Sequence record: MZ501085
Source: Escherichia phage JohannLBurckhardt
Reading direction: 5' to 3' (one strand)
DNA length: 49,715 nt
The translations under genes and the position numbers were made by a program. This document shows, piece by piece, positions 26,872 to 35,689 of this stretch (positions are counted from its first letter, which is position 1; each line of letters starts with the position of its first letter). Under the pieces are notes generated by a model that was given only the letters and a program-made list of their open reading frames with translations, searched no databases and was not told the DNA's origin.

Positions 26872-27828
26872 TTACCGTGTCGGGAGTAAGGTTTCCGGCT
26901 TGTAAAGCTTTCGCTCTATCCCTTGCCGGAAATTATCGTTAATAGGAAGCATCACGTCAAGCCCTCTCTCCTCTGCGGCAATTATCACGTCCTGATCGGT
27001 TGACTTACACACCACGCGCATTTTTCGATCTCCTTTATATCGGTGCGCAACAATCTCAACGTTATAACTTGAGAAGCAAGCCCACACCTCTTGACCCGTA
27101 GACAGGTGAATGTGTTGCGCGTCCACCCAATCAACACACAGATAGATCGTGTTGTCAGTTTTACCAGTCACCGCAACGGAGCCTCGCGTATAGTCCTTTG
27201 CATAAAAAACACTCTCCCCTAACTCGTCAATCATGAGGATGTTACACATTTCATCATCAAGACCATCGTCATGCACCAGGTAGCACGGAATAGCATGAAT
27301 AAGCGAATCTCCGCCATTCTCCAGCGTTTTCACGCCTACGGAGTACATTTCATCATCTGGTGGCGCGATACCCTCAAAAACGCTTAGATGGGTTTTAATC
27401 ACGCCTTTCGTTCTCTCCATTACTGCAACGCAGTTTTCATGAGGGGCTTGGGATCCGAAAGAGTAACCTGACGCGCGGGAGGCTCGCTTGTTCGCCTTAA
27501 CTATATACTCCTGAGGAACCTTTCCGAGAAAGCGCCCTAAAATGTTGATGCACTCGCTATATGGTTCGCCAGTGAGCTTCATTAGCCAGCCAATGCCGCT
27601 ATCGCTCCCGCAACCGTTGCACACTGCGCCGCCGTCGCCGTCAGTGCTAAGTTTGTCAGTCCAACGGAATCGGTCTTTACCTCCGCAATGGGGGCAGGGC
27701 TGGTGTTTTTTGTTGAAAACGTCATTGCTCAATCCGCAAAGGCTTTGCAACGCATCGCGCCACATCCCTTTCATGTACGGCAAAACGTCCTCTTTCTGAA
27801 ACATCATGTTTGGGTGTACTTCTTGCAT
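26872..27828 (-). CDS. DNA primase-like protein (zinc-ribbon N-terminus)
   Basis: 318 aa from ATG 27828 (RBS GGAG); CPHCGG...CNGCG zinc-binding motif; adjacent to helicase. Confidence 0.55.
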   Translation of the reverse strand: MQEVHPNMMFQKEDVLPYMKGMWRDALQSLCGLSNDVFNKKHQPCPHCGGKDRFRWTDKLSTDGDGGAVCNGCGSDSGIGWLMKLTGEPYSECINILGRFLGKVPQEYIVKANKRASRASGYSFGSQAPHENCVAVMERTKGVIKTHLSVFEGIAPPDDEMYSVGVKTLENGGDSLIHAIPCYLVHDDGLDDEMCNILMIDELGESVFYAKDYTRGSVAVTGKTDNTIYLCVDWVDAQHIHLSTGQEVWACFSSYNVEIVAHRYKGDRKMRVVCKSTDQDVIIAAEERGLDVMLPINDNFRQGIERKLYKPETLLPTR

Positions 27829-27841
27829 GATTCGCTCCAAT

Positions 27842-27880
27842 AAAAAAATCGCGTAGCCGGATGATACCAGATACGCGATC
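27842..27880 (-). terminator. terminator hairpin overlapping a degenerate motif-promoter
   Basis: On - strand ATCGCGTA...TACGCGAT stem with TATCAT in loop, then 7 T; preceded by CAGCA-caaat-AGCTA. Confidence 0.55.
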
Positions 27881-27886
27881 TTTGAT

Positions 27887-28327
27887 TTAGCTATTTGTGC
27901 TGTTTATGAAGTCCGACTCTTTCACCACGCGAAGCATTTCGTATCGGTCGCATTTCGTCGTTAACGCCTTGCCGTTTGAGTCGAATCGCAAATCTGGACG
28001 GCAGAATGAAGAACGATAGCCCTTGCAGCCGTTTCGCTTATAGTCGGCGTGAACCTTTTCGGCTCCAGAAACGGAAATCATTCCGCGCTTGCGCCACTGC
28101 TGTATAACCTGGTGAGTAACCTTTAAGCGCCTTGTCATTTCTGCCTGAGATCCGTAATATTCGCAAACGGCATCCAGGCGAGCACGCAATCCGGCTTTGA
28201 CTTCATCCTTTAGAACGTAGTAGCCTGTTTTGCGCTTGCGCTTTTTCTTGTCTTTACCGCGCTTTACACCGTTGTTGCCATTGATTGTGCGCTTGTCAAT
28301 TTCGCCAGTTGATGCAGCAATTTTCAT
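27887..28327 (-). CDS. HTH DNA-binding protein (Cro/YdaS-like), putative transcriptional regulator
   Basis: 146 aa from ATG 28327 (RBS GGAGGT); basic N-terminus, GSQAEMTRRLKVTHQVIQQWRKRG HTH-like segment. Confidence 0.5.
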   Translation of the reverse strand: MKIAASTGEIDKRTINGNNGVKRGKDKKKRKRKTGYYVLKDEVKAGLRARLDAVCEYYGSQAEMTRRLKVTHQVIQQWRKRGMISVSGAEKVHADYKRNGCKGYRSSFCRPDLRFDSNGKALTTKCDRYEMLRVVKESDFINSTNS

Positions 28328-28340
28328 ATTAAACCTCCGA

Positions 28341-28383
28341 TAGCACTTTTTGCTAAAAACACTCAAAACGTATGCGCTATTAT
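28341..28383 (+). promoter_or_regulatory. palindrome-type promoter element (site c)
   Basis: TAGCA-ctttt-TGCTA, 22 nt, TATTAT; 33 nt upstream of helicase ATG; divergent from HTH gene. Confidence 0.6.
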
Positions 28384-28415
28384 ACATTCAATCGGTTAAC
28401 GAATAAAGGTTAAAA

Positions 28416-30416
28416 ATGGCAATTCCAAACATTGACAAACAACTTTCCGCTTTGGGTGAGGCGGTAATTAAGGCGATTCAAGATCGCTTTACGTTTGGCG
28501 GAATCACCCCATACCCTTACCAGTGCGTTGCGTACACTGAGATCGCAAAACGCATGAAAAATTACGAGCATCCTTTCTTTGTGAAAGCGTCCGTATCTGC
28601 TGGCAAAACAATGATTTTTGCAATGGTAGCGGCTCAGTGTCAGAGAATGGGGCTTAAAATGATGGTTCTTGCTCGCCAGGGTGAGATCGTGGATCAGGAT
28701 TCAGAGGAGATCAGTAATTTCGGCGTGCCTAACTCCGTTTACTGCGCGGCGCTGAAACTAAAGGGCGTACACTTCCCCATCGTTGTTGGATCTGAGGGAA
28801 CCGTTTCAAACGGATTGTTTAAAGCGCTGGGCGACTACGTGCCGCACGTTATCGGGATTGACGAATGTCACCAGGTGGATTGGGAGGATTTAGCGGAGGC
28901 AATCGAAAACGAGGAGCCGTGGGAGCAAATGACCACGAAAAAAGGCGAGATTGTCCTGAATGGTGACGGCTCCCGCGCTCTCAACAATGACGGCGAAGCA
29001 ATGGAGGGAACCGGGCGCACGCAATACACGCTTATCATTCGAGAAATGCAGCGCAGATGTAAAGAGGCATACGGGCACGAGTTGCGCATTTTTGGAATGA
29101 CAGGATCTGAGTTTCGCGGCGTTGTTCCAATCCTGGTTGAAGATAAGCGCCAGCGCGGTTTCTGGCGCGAGCAGGTTACGAATATTGATACAAACTACCT
29201 GATCAAGTTCGGCTCCGTTGTTCCTACAAACTTTGGCGGTGTTGATGGGTTGGGTTATGACCTTTCAGAGTTCACGGCATATAGCGAGGACGGCGTAGCA
29301 GACTTTGACCAGAAAACCCTGCGCAAGATGGAGGAGAAGATCCATAAAGATGCAACCATGACGCAAAAAATCATGGCACGCGTGCATGAGATCTGCAAAG
29401 ACCGCAACGGCGTGCTGGTAACTTGCGCGGGTGAGCGTCACTGTAAAGAGGCCGCTGCCGCACTTCCGCCAGGAGCAACATACAGGATCATCACTGGCAA
29501 GACCGGAGAGAAACAACGTAAGGAATGGTTAAAAGAGGCGTTTGAGGGGAAAGTAAAATACATTTTCCAGGTTCAGGCTTTGACAACTGGCGTAAACGTC
29601 CCATATTGGGATACATCTGTAATTCTGCGCAAAATCGGATCGCTTACTCTGCTGATCCAGCTTTTGGGGCGCGGTATGCGACTTTTAAAGAAATGGCACG
29701 TCGAGCAAGGATTCAAGAAAGACGATCACCTTGTTCTCGACTTTGCCGGATGTATGGACGAGTTGGGGCAACTTTACTTTGATCCTATTCTTGAACAGGC
29801 GCAATATCAGCGCCGTGGCGATAACGGAAAGGATCCCAAATTCTGCCCTGACTGCGGCACTGAAAACTCATTCTATGCACGCCGTTGCGTTCACGTTGAC
29901 GAAAACGGGAATCGCTGCGAGTATTTTTGGAAGTATCGAGAGTGCGAGGATCAGGTAGACCCGCGCACTAAAAAGGTTGTCGTCAAAGGCTGCGGCACTA
30001 AAAACGACATAGCCGCGAGGGTTTGCCGCTACTGCGATGTGTCGCTCATTGACCCAAACGAAAAACTATCCGGCAAGCACTACACAAAGAATGATTGGTG
30101 CGATGTGAAATCTTTCCGTGTCGATATGACCAAAAACCAGCGCGGGATCGTGTTCTGTTATGAGCTTGAGGCTCACGGCGAAACGTTCAAAGCTTATGAG
30201 CGATTCTTCCCTGAGTCTGACAACCAGATCTGCAAGACGCTATGGAGGCAAACGGCGCTCAAGCATATTGCAGATCGCAGGATTGCAGGTGTTACTGCGA
30301 GCTATCGCAACGCTCGCAAGATTATGCAAAACGCGCATCACATTATGGCTCCGAAACGCGTTACACATCGCAAAAACGCGAAAGGAGAGGACATTATTTA
30401 TCATCGGGAGTTTTGA
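28416..30416 (+). CDS. SF2 DNA helicase (DEAD/DEAH-like) with C-terminal zinc ribbons
   Basis: 666 aa; Walker A SAGKT, DECH box, C-terminal CPDCG...C..C motifs. Confidence 0.75.
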   Translation: MAIPNIDKQLSALGEAVIKAIQDRFTFGGITPYPYQCVAYTEIAKRMKNYEHPFFVKASVSAGKTMIFAMVAAQCQRMGLKMMVLARQGEIVDQDSEEISNFGVPNSVYCAALKLKGVHFPIVVGSEGTVSNGLFKALGDYVPHVIGIDECHQVDWEDLAEAIENEEPWEQMTTKKGEIVLNGDGSRALNNDGEAMEGTGRTQYTLIIREMQRRCKEAYGHELRIFGMTGSEFRGVVPILVEDKRQRGFWREQVTNIDTNYLIKFGSVVPTNFGGVDGLGYDLSEFTAYSEDGVADFDQKTLRKMEEKIHKDATMTQKIMARVHEICKDRNGVLVTCAGERHCKEAAAALPPGATYRIITGKTGEKQRKEWLKEAFEGKVKYIFQVQALTTGVNVPYWDTSVILRKIGSLTLLIQLLGRGMRLLKKWHVEQGFKKDDHLVLDFAGCMDELGQLYFDPILEQAQYQRRGDNGKDPKFCPDCGTENSFYARRCVHVDENGNRCEYFWKYRECEDQVDPRTKKVVVKGCGTKNDIAARVCRYCDVSLIDPNEKLSGKHYTKNDWCDVKSFRVDMTKNQRGIVFCYELEAHGETFKAYERFFPESDNQICKTLWRQTALKHIADRRIAGVTASYRNARKIMQNAHHIMAPKRVTHRKNAKGEDIIYHREF

Positions 30417-30418
30417 AT

Positions 30419-30835
30419 ATGGTTACTGACAAAGGCGATTATCTGGAATATTACGAGCGGGATCCGAGCGATACGCGCAAGGAAGATTCTCACCAGGTTG
30501 ATTGTGTGGCGTGGTTGCGCCACCATCACCAACACTTACTTTTTTGGCACACTGTAAACGAGGGTAGCAAGACGATCACCGCCGCGCTGCGTGACGAACA
30601 GGCCGGATTGCTAAAGGGCGTATCCGACTTTGTTATCCTGATTGGTTCAGGTAAATATCCGTTTGCAGCCATAGAGCTAAAGCAAGCCAACAAATCAGGA
30701 AAGCGTAAGGCTTCACCAGTCAGCGACAACCAGAAAGCTTTCTTGAGTAGGGTTAGACACTTGGGAGGTTTCGCAGCCGTTTGCTATGGCGTGAAGCAAT
30801 TCAAGCTTGCAATTGCAGATCTCTTGCAGGAATAG
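30419..30835 (+). CDS. VRR-NUC domain nuclease
   Basis: 138 aa from ATG 30419; D-x(n)-E-x-K arrangement (GVSDFVIL...AIELKQ). Confidence 0.55.
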   Translation: MVTDKGDYLEYYERDPSDTRKEDSHQVDCVAWLRHHHQHLLFWHTVNEGSKTITAALRDEQAGLLKGVSDFVILIGSGKYPFAAIELKQANKSGKRKASPVSDNQKAFLSRVRHLGGFAAVCYGVKQFKLAIADLLQE

Positions 30836-30875
30836 CACTTTTTGCTAAAACACGCTCCTGCTGGTTTTGTATTAT
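30833..30875 (+). promoter_or_regulatory. palindrome-type promoter element (site d)
   Basis: TAG stop of VRR-NUC gene is first triplet of TAGCA-ctttt-TGCTA; 22 nt; TATTAT. Confidence 0.6.
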
Positions 30876-30925
30876 TGCATCAAGAAACGCAGCTAAATTC
30901 TACATGATGAAATAAGGATCGAAAA

Positions 30926-31672
30926 ATGGCTAAAGACATTCTTGATAACTCAACAATCGACGGTATCGAGCAGGTTGATGAAATGGACTTTCACGAATTG
31001 CAGCACGGCAAGTATTCAGACATAGCCCTGCGCTCAGGCGGTCATTACCAGGCCGTGAAACCTTGCCAGTATTACAAGGTTACAGGCAACCGTTACGCCG
31101 GAAGCAACACTCCAGATGTTGTCCGTGACCTTTGGGCTACTCCGCGCGATGTTGTCGCGTATATGGAAAGCCGCTACGGTAAATATGATCTTGACGCTGC
31201 GGCTAGCGAGGACAATAAAGTCTGTGAAAAATTCTACAGCAAAGAAACAAACTGCTTAAAGCGTTGGTGGGGTAGCAAGAAGCACGTATGGCTGAATCCT
31301 CCATATTCGAATCCAGATCCGTTTGTGCTAAAGGCCATTGAGCAAATGGAGCACGACAATCAGATCGACATATTGCTTCCAGCCGACAACTCAACGGCAT
31401 GGTTTAGCGACGCACAAAAGCACGCTGCTGAAATTATCTGGATCACTGGCGAGACCTGGAAAGATGAAGATGGGCGCGAGTATTCACGAACCGGACGATT
31501 AGCGTTTATTTCCGGTCTGACAGGTGAACCAGTTAGCGGTAACAACAAGGGCAGCGTAATTTTTGTTATGCGCAAACTGAAAGAGGGTGAGCAGCAACAA
31601 ACGCACTACGTGAAAATTAGCGAAATCTGCCCGTCCGTAAAAAACAAGCGAGCAAAAGCAAGGAGTTTTTAA
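30926..31672 (+). CDS. dam: DNA N6-adenine methyltransferase (Dam-like)
   Basis: 248 aa; catalytic NPPY motif (LNPPYS). Confidence 0.8.
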   Translation: MAKDILDNSTIDGIEQVDEMDFHELQHGKYSDIALRSGGHYQAVKPCQYYKVTGNRYAGSNTPDVVRDLWATPRDVVAYMESRYGKYDLDAAASEDNKVCEKFYSKETNCLKRWWGSKKHVWLNPPYSNPDPFVLKAIEQMEHDNQIDILLPADNSTAWFSDAQKHAAEIIWITGETWKDEDGREYSRTGRLAFISGLTGEPVSGNNKGSVIFVMRKLKEGEQQQTHYVKISEICPSVKNKRAKARSF

Positions 31673-31785
31673 TGAAAGATGATGTTGCAGCACTTGGAAT
31701 TTTGTGCGCCTTTATGATTGGCGGCGGCTTTTGTTCTTATGCGCTCCTGGCGCTCATTATCAAAATCGGAGAGTTGATCCAATGA
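31672..31785 (+). CDS. small hydrophobic peptide (37 aa)
   Basis: ATG overlaps dam TAA (TAATG), AAGGAG 7 nt upstream; MKDDVAALGILCAFMIGGGFCSYALLALIIKIGELIQ; stop overlaps next ATG. Confidence 0.4.
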   Translation: MKDDVAALGILCAFMIGGGFCSYALLALIIKIGELIQ

Positions 31786-32030
31786 CAGAGAGAAATGTTG
31801 CACTTAACGAAACAGGAATGTTTTTGCTGTATCGCGCTATGGTATGCCAGGCGCTTGATCTGAATCCGCACATTAAGGAAGTGATAGGAGTTGACCCGTG
31901 GGAATATTCAAGCGCCCTTGATATGAGCTTTGAAGAAACAGCGCGGCTACCTCTTGAAAAGTGGCATATCAAGATTGCTGATGATCTTGATGAAATGTGG
32001 CAAGACCTTAAAAAACGAACGGCTCACTAA
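31782..32030 (+). CDS. hypothetical protein
   Basis: 82 aa from ATG 31782 (RBS GGAGAG). Confidence 0.5.
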   Translation: MTERNVALNETGMFLLYRAMVCQALDLNPHIKEVIGVDPWEYSSALDMSFEETARLPLEKWHIKIADDLDEMWQDLKKRTAH

Positions 32031-32031
32031 A

Positions 32032-32074
32032 TAGCACGAATTGCTAAAACTGCCCGGCGAAAGTCGGGCATAAT
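32032..32074 (+). promoter_or_regulatory. palindrome-type promoter element (site e)
   Basis: TAGCA-cgaat-TGCTA, 22 nt, CATAAT; hairpin TGCCCG/CGGGCA; leader CCAACGAAAAC. Confidence 0.6.
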
Positions 32075-32106
32075 TATTTCCAACGAAAACCACTTAGGAA
32101 AACGAA

Positions 32107-32298
32107 ATGAAAATCTACAGCAAACGCTCTTTCAAAATCGCGCAGGAATTAGCACGCGAGGCGGTAGCCGGAGGCAGCAAAGAGGGCTACGGTTTCGATT
32201 GGGATATAGCAATGATTTACTTGCAGGTGGCGACAGGTCACGCTCCAATCGAGAAAATCGAGCAGGTTGACAAGGTTATTGAGGAGGGATTGATTTAA
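32107..32298 (+). CDS. hypothetical protein
   Basis: 63 aa; RBS; follows site e. Confidence 0.5.
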   Translation: MKIYSKRSFKIAQELAREAVAGGSKEGYGFDWDIAMIYLQVATGHAPIEKIEQVDKVIEEGLI

Positions 32299-32546
32299 TG
32301 AAGGTTGAGCAAGGCCGCGAGGCCGTTTGGAATCACGCCAAAGAAACCGGAATGGCAGACGATATAGCACGAATTGCTAAAATCTTTGATCTGGCTGATG
32401 TTAGTATTATCAGCAACGGGAAAATGACTTACTTACACGAGAGGCCACGCAAAATGCACCGCGTGCCAGCAATCCCGACAAAAATTGACTTCAAAGAAGC
32501 AATGGCAAAAATCAGAGAGCCGAAAAAGTATTATAAAGGAGAATAG
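32298..32546 (+). CDS. hypothetical protein (contains an internal palindrome copy)
   Basis: 82 aa; ATG overlaps upstream TAA; motif site f lies in-frame inside this ORF. Confidence 0.45.
   Translation: MKVEQGREAVWNHAKETGMADDIARIAKIFDLADVSIISNGKMTYLHERPRKMHRVPAIPTKIDFKEAMAKIREPKKYYKGE
32365..32407 (+). promoter_or_regulatory. intragenic palindrome-type element (site f)
   Basis: TAGCA-cgaat-TGCTA, 22 nt, TAGTAT (TATTAT at 25 nt). Confidence 0.4.
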
Positions 32547-32551
32547 TTATC

Positions 32552-32623
32552 ATGTGGCGCTTGCTTGTTCTTCCAATGCCCGTTATCATTGCCGCCGTTG
32601 TTATGTACGCACTTGTTATGTGA
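32552..32623 (+). CDS. possible 23-aa hydrophobic peptide
   Basis: ATG 10 nt after AAGGAG; MWRLLVLPMPVIIAAVVMYALVM; speculative. Confidence 0.25.
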   Translation: MWRLLVLPMPVIIAAVVMYALVM

Positions 32624-32640
32624 TTTAAGAGGAAAAATTA

Positions 32641-33759
32641 ATGATTCAGAAAATGACAGATCAGCAGTTTAAAGACGCGCGAGCGGAGGGCAAAACCTAC
32701 AAGCAGATCGCGGACGAGTTCGGCTTGAATGTTCGCACCGTTGAGCGCCGCGCGGCACGCCTTGCTCGCCAGGGTGAGACTGACACGAAAGGCGCACCAG
32801 GTTTTGCGGTTGTTCGTGAGTCAGTCCTGACCCGCGCAAACGGCGAAGAAGTGATGCGCTGGACTATCACCAACAAAGATAAAGAGCAGTTGGAGGCGCT
32901 CATGCAAGCCGCGATGGACGCATTCGCTGAGGAAGTGCCGCGCCTGGAGCCTCAGCAGGAAAGCCGAAAGGACTACAGCGAAAGCCTGGCGCTATACCCT
33001 ATTTTTGACATGCACATTGGCGCAATGGCTCACAAGCATGAATGTGGTGAGAATTGGGATACAGCAACAGCCGAGAAAGTCATGAATGACTTCTTTGATT
33101 ATGCGGTTGAGTGTGCGCCAAATAGCGAGAAAGCCGTGCTCCTGATTGGTGGAGACATGCTTCACAGTGACGGCCTTGAGGCTGTAACACCTGCCAGCGG
33201 TCACGTTCTGGATCAGGATAGCCGATACGCCAAACTTGTTTATGTCGCAATCCGAGCAACTCGCCGCGCTATCTCATTGATGTTGACCAAGCACAAAGAG
33301 GTTGAAATTCAGGTGATCGAGGGCAATCATGACCAATCAGGCATGATCTGGCTACGCGCAGCAATGGCGGCGGCATACGAGGACGAGCCGCGCGTGATGG
33401 TTGATGTTTCTCCTCGCGTAGTGCATCACACGCAGTATGGTAAAACATTCCTCGCTTATCATCACGGTCACACCGTGCGCAAGCCGGAAACGTTATTGAT
33501 GATGTGCGCGGCAGATTGGCGCGAGGATTTTGGCAAATCAAAATCAATGTATGCTCATGTAGGCCATTGGCATCACCAGACCGTAACAGAAACCAGCCTG
33601 GGGATTGTTGAAGTTCATAGCACAATGGCGGCCAAAGATGCGTATGCGGCACGCGGCGGCTGGCGCTCTCGTCGTCGCGCTGCGGTTATCATCTACGATA
33701 AAGAGCACGGAGAGATCGGGCGCTTTATGTTCTACCCTGAAATGATGGAGTCAAAATAA
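32641..33759 (+). CDS. calcineurin-like metallophosphoesterase with N-terminal HTH domain
   Basis: 372 aa; DMH...GGDMLHSD...GNHDQ phosphoesterase motifs; N-terminal KTYKQIADEFGLNVRTVERR HTH-like. Confidence 0.65.
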   Translation: MIQKMTDQQFKDARAEGKTYKQIADEFGLNVRTVERRAARLARQGETDTKGAPGFAVVRESVLTRANGEEVMRWTITNKDKEQLEALMQAAMDAFAEEVPRLEPQQESRKDYSESLALYPIFDMHIGAMAHKHECGENWDTATAEKVMNDFFDYAVECAPNSEKAVLLIGGDMLHSDGLEAVTPASGHVLDQDSRYAKLVYVAIRATRRAISLMLTKHKEVEIQVIEGNHDQSGMIWLRAAMAAAYEDEPRVMVDVSPRVVHHTQYGKTFLAYHHGHTVRKPETLLMMCAADWREDFGKSKSMYAHVGHWHHQTVTETSLGIVEVHSTMAAKDAYAARGGWRSRRRAAVIIYDKEHGEIGRFMFYPEMMESK

Positions 33760-33929
33760 TGAAAGTTAAATGCGTTGAGAATTCATCTAAAACACTGCCT
33801 TACTACGAGGGCTTTGTGTACGAGGCCGATCAATTACCTGGCGGGATGTACAAGATTAAAGATGAATCAGGGCAGCATGTTATTGCGCCGCTAAAAGGGT
33901 ATTATCTGGAGTTTTTACAGATTGATTAA
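33759..33929 (+). CDS. small protein (56 aa), MK.IR-family-like N-terminus
   Basis: ATG overlaps upstream TAA (TAATG), GGAG 8 nt upstream; not in ORF track (<60 aa). Confidence 0.45.
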   Translation: MKVKCVENSSKTLPYYEGFVYEADQLPGGMYKIKDESGQHVIAPLKGYYLEFLQID

Positions 33930-33952
33930 CATTTAATTTCATGAGCTTACAA

Positions 33953-33981
33953 AGGGCTGGCGTTTGCTAGCCCTTTTTTTA
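33953..33981 (+). terminator. rho-independent terminator
   Basis: AGGGCT...AGCCCT hairpin followed by 7 T. Confidence 0.8.
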
Positions 33982-34056
33982 TTGTTTCGCTTTTGCTCAT
34001 TGCTGGTTAACATACACTCACTTAATTATTGACATTTTGCACGAGGAGGTTAGATC

Positions 34057-34272
34057 ATGAGAGAATTTTTAAACGCAGCAACCACCAGCACCGGAGGAGC
34101 ATCACTGACGGGCGCGGCGACGGGGCAAATGACCATTGCGGTTGCTGGTCTTATCCTAATGGCGGCCTTTGGCTTTTGGGGCGCGTATCTGCGCTGGAGG
34201 GATAGCAAGGCGCTGCGAGAGGCTTTGGATCGTGAAGATATCAAAGAGGCAATTCGAATCAGGGGGAAATAA
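34057..34272 (+). CDS. holin (pinholin-like)
   Basis: 71 aa; Gly/Ala-rich first hydrophobic segment plus second TMD, charged C-terminus; immediately upstream of SAR endolysin. Confidence 0.6.
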   Translation: MREFLNAATTSTGGASLTGAATGQMTIAVAGLILMAAFGFWGAYLRWRDSKALREALDREDIKEAIRIRGK

Positions 34273-34274
34273 TC

Positions 34275-34769
34275 ATGAGTTTACAGAGAAGCGCGGCATA
34301 CGCTTTATTTGGCGCTGCGCTCTCGCTAACTTCTCCACTCCTGGAGGAGATCGAGGGCATTCGCTACAAGCCTTATAAAGATATTGCCGGAATCTGGACA
34401 GTATGCGCGGGTATTACCGGATCTGACGTTGTTCTTGGTAAGACGTACACGCAGAGAGAATGTGACGCACTTCTTGCCAAGCATATCGGTATTGCAAAGG
34501 CAGAAGTCGATAAGCGCGTTAAGGTTGAGATACCGGACACTATGCGTGCGGCGATGTATAGCTTCACTTACAACGCTGGTACTGGAGCGTTTCGAAAGTC
34601 AACCATGCTCAAGAAGATCAACAATGGTGATCTTTATGGGGCGTGCGACGAGCTTTGGAAATGGACGTATTACTACAATCCAAAAACGGGCAAGCGCGAG
34701 AAGTCCAGAGGGTTAAAAAACCGTCGCGCGGTTGAGTATAAATATTGCACTAAGGATCTGAAAAAATGA
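34275..34769 (+). CDS. SAR endolysin (GH24 lysozyme)
   Basis: 164 aa; catalytic triad spacing E-x8-D-x5-T ([16 protein letters not shown]); N-terminal weakly hydrophobic Gly/Ala/Ser-rich signal-anchor-release segment. Confidence 0.85.
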   Translation: MSLQRSAAYALFGAALSLTSPLLEEIEGIRYKPYKDIAGIWTVCAGITGSDVVLGKTYTQRECDALLAKHIGIAKAEVDKRVKVEIPDTMRAAMYSFTYNAGTGAFRKSTMLKKINNGDLYGACDELWKWTYYYNPKTGKREKSRGLKNRRAVEYKYCTKDLKK

Positions 34770-35161
34770 AACGATTAGCTTTAGCGGTACTGGTTGCCGC
34801 CTCTCTTTCTGGTTGTTCGGCGTCAAGCGCCCTGAGTGGTTTAGTCGGCAGCAAGCCGGAAATTACAGCACAGGCAGGAGCCGAAAACGTAAAGCAAACA
34901 GTAGGCGTAACGGCAAAGAATGACGAGAGCAGCAAGCAGGAAAACACGATCAAGGATTCGCAGGTTGGCAAGGTTGACTCCTCCAACAAAAAGAAGGTGA
35001 GCACTTCAAGCATCCAGGCTGAGACAATCACAGCCGACAAGATCGAGATCAGAAACAGCGAGAGCGATTTGTATGTGATATTCTTTGCGCTGGCTTGCTT
35101 ATTTGTTGCTGGCTTTGCCGCTGGCGTTTTTTGGAAGGGCAGAAAAAACAAAGGGGCATAA
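34766..35161 (+). CDS. unimolecular spanin (u-spanin)
   Basis: 131 aa; lipoprotein signal with lipobox LSGC at N-terminus and C-terminal TMD ([22 protein letters not shown]). Confidence 0.75.
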   Translation: MKRLALAVLVAASLSGCSASSALSGLVGSKPEITAQAGAENVKQTVGVTAKNDESSKQENTIKDSQVGKVDSSNKKKVSTSSIQAETITADKIEIRNSESDLYVIFFALACLFVAGFAAGVFWKGRKNKGA

Positions 35162-35173
35162 TGCCCCTTTTTT
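35141..35173. terminator. bidirectional rho-independent terminator
   Basis: A tract, GGGGC-ataat-GCCCC, T tract; between convergent spanin and - strand genes. Confidence 0.85.
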
Positions 35174-35293
35174 CATTCCAGTAGTCTGACGTTGACCAAT
35201 ACAACTCCGTCCCCGTCGTGCAGGTTGTGCTCCTTTGCCGGATTAGCTCGCATATCGCTGTACAGGATCAGGAGAAGCGCCGCAATCATTTCG

Positions 35294-35686
35294 TCATGCG
35301 ATACCGAATTTACGGCGCAGTGCTTCATAATCGCATCTATTAGGCTTTGTGTTGAATAATTCATCGTCGCTTAACTCGTCAAGGTGAAACAGATCGTAAA
35401 TATATTTATTGCTCTCACCCTCCAGGCTATACAGTTCAAATCCAAACGGCCTCTTGTGCGAGCCGTAGCACGTCACTACGCCTTTATCTATCCCAAGATA
35501 ACCCAATGTAGCCATGCGTGGGATAAACTCAAGAGAAACGCTTGAGGCGAATTTCCGAGGCGTCATATTTGCGGCTCTTGCGAGCCGCTCACATTCTTTG
35601 TGCTGAAAAACAAATCTGGCTAAGTGCTGGCGATTAAACCAATCGTAGCTTTCGCAAAACTTATACAGATCCAGCAGAAACATCAT
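35294..35686 (-). CDS. hypothetical protein
   Basis: 130 aa; ATG 3 nt after stop of upstream P-loop gene. Confidence 0.5.
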   Translation of the reverse strand: MMFLLDLYKFCESYDWFNRQHLARFVFQHKECERLARAANMTPRKFASSVSLEFIPRMATLGYLGIDKGVVTCYGSHKRPFGFELYSLEGESNKYIYDLFHLDELSDDELFNTKPNRCDYEALRRKFGIA

Positions 35687-35689
35687 TTA

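Noticed and set aside
28341-28358. Sigma54-type promoter interpretation of the TAGCACG...TTGCT motif
   Set aside because: Resembles TGGCAC-N5-TTGC superficially but the GG and GC dinucleotides are 8, not 10, nt apart, and the first half has AG rather than GG.
35173-35364. 63-aa - strand ORF downstream of the 130-aa gene (and a 38-aa sub-ORF from ATG 35289)
   Set aside because: Overlaps the 130-aa gene out of frame, no SD at any candidate start; kept out of the feature list.
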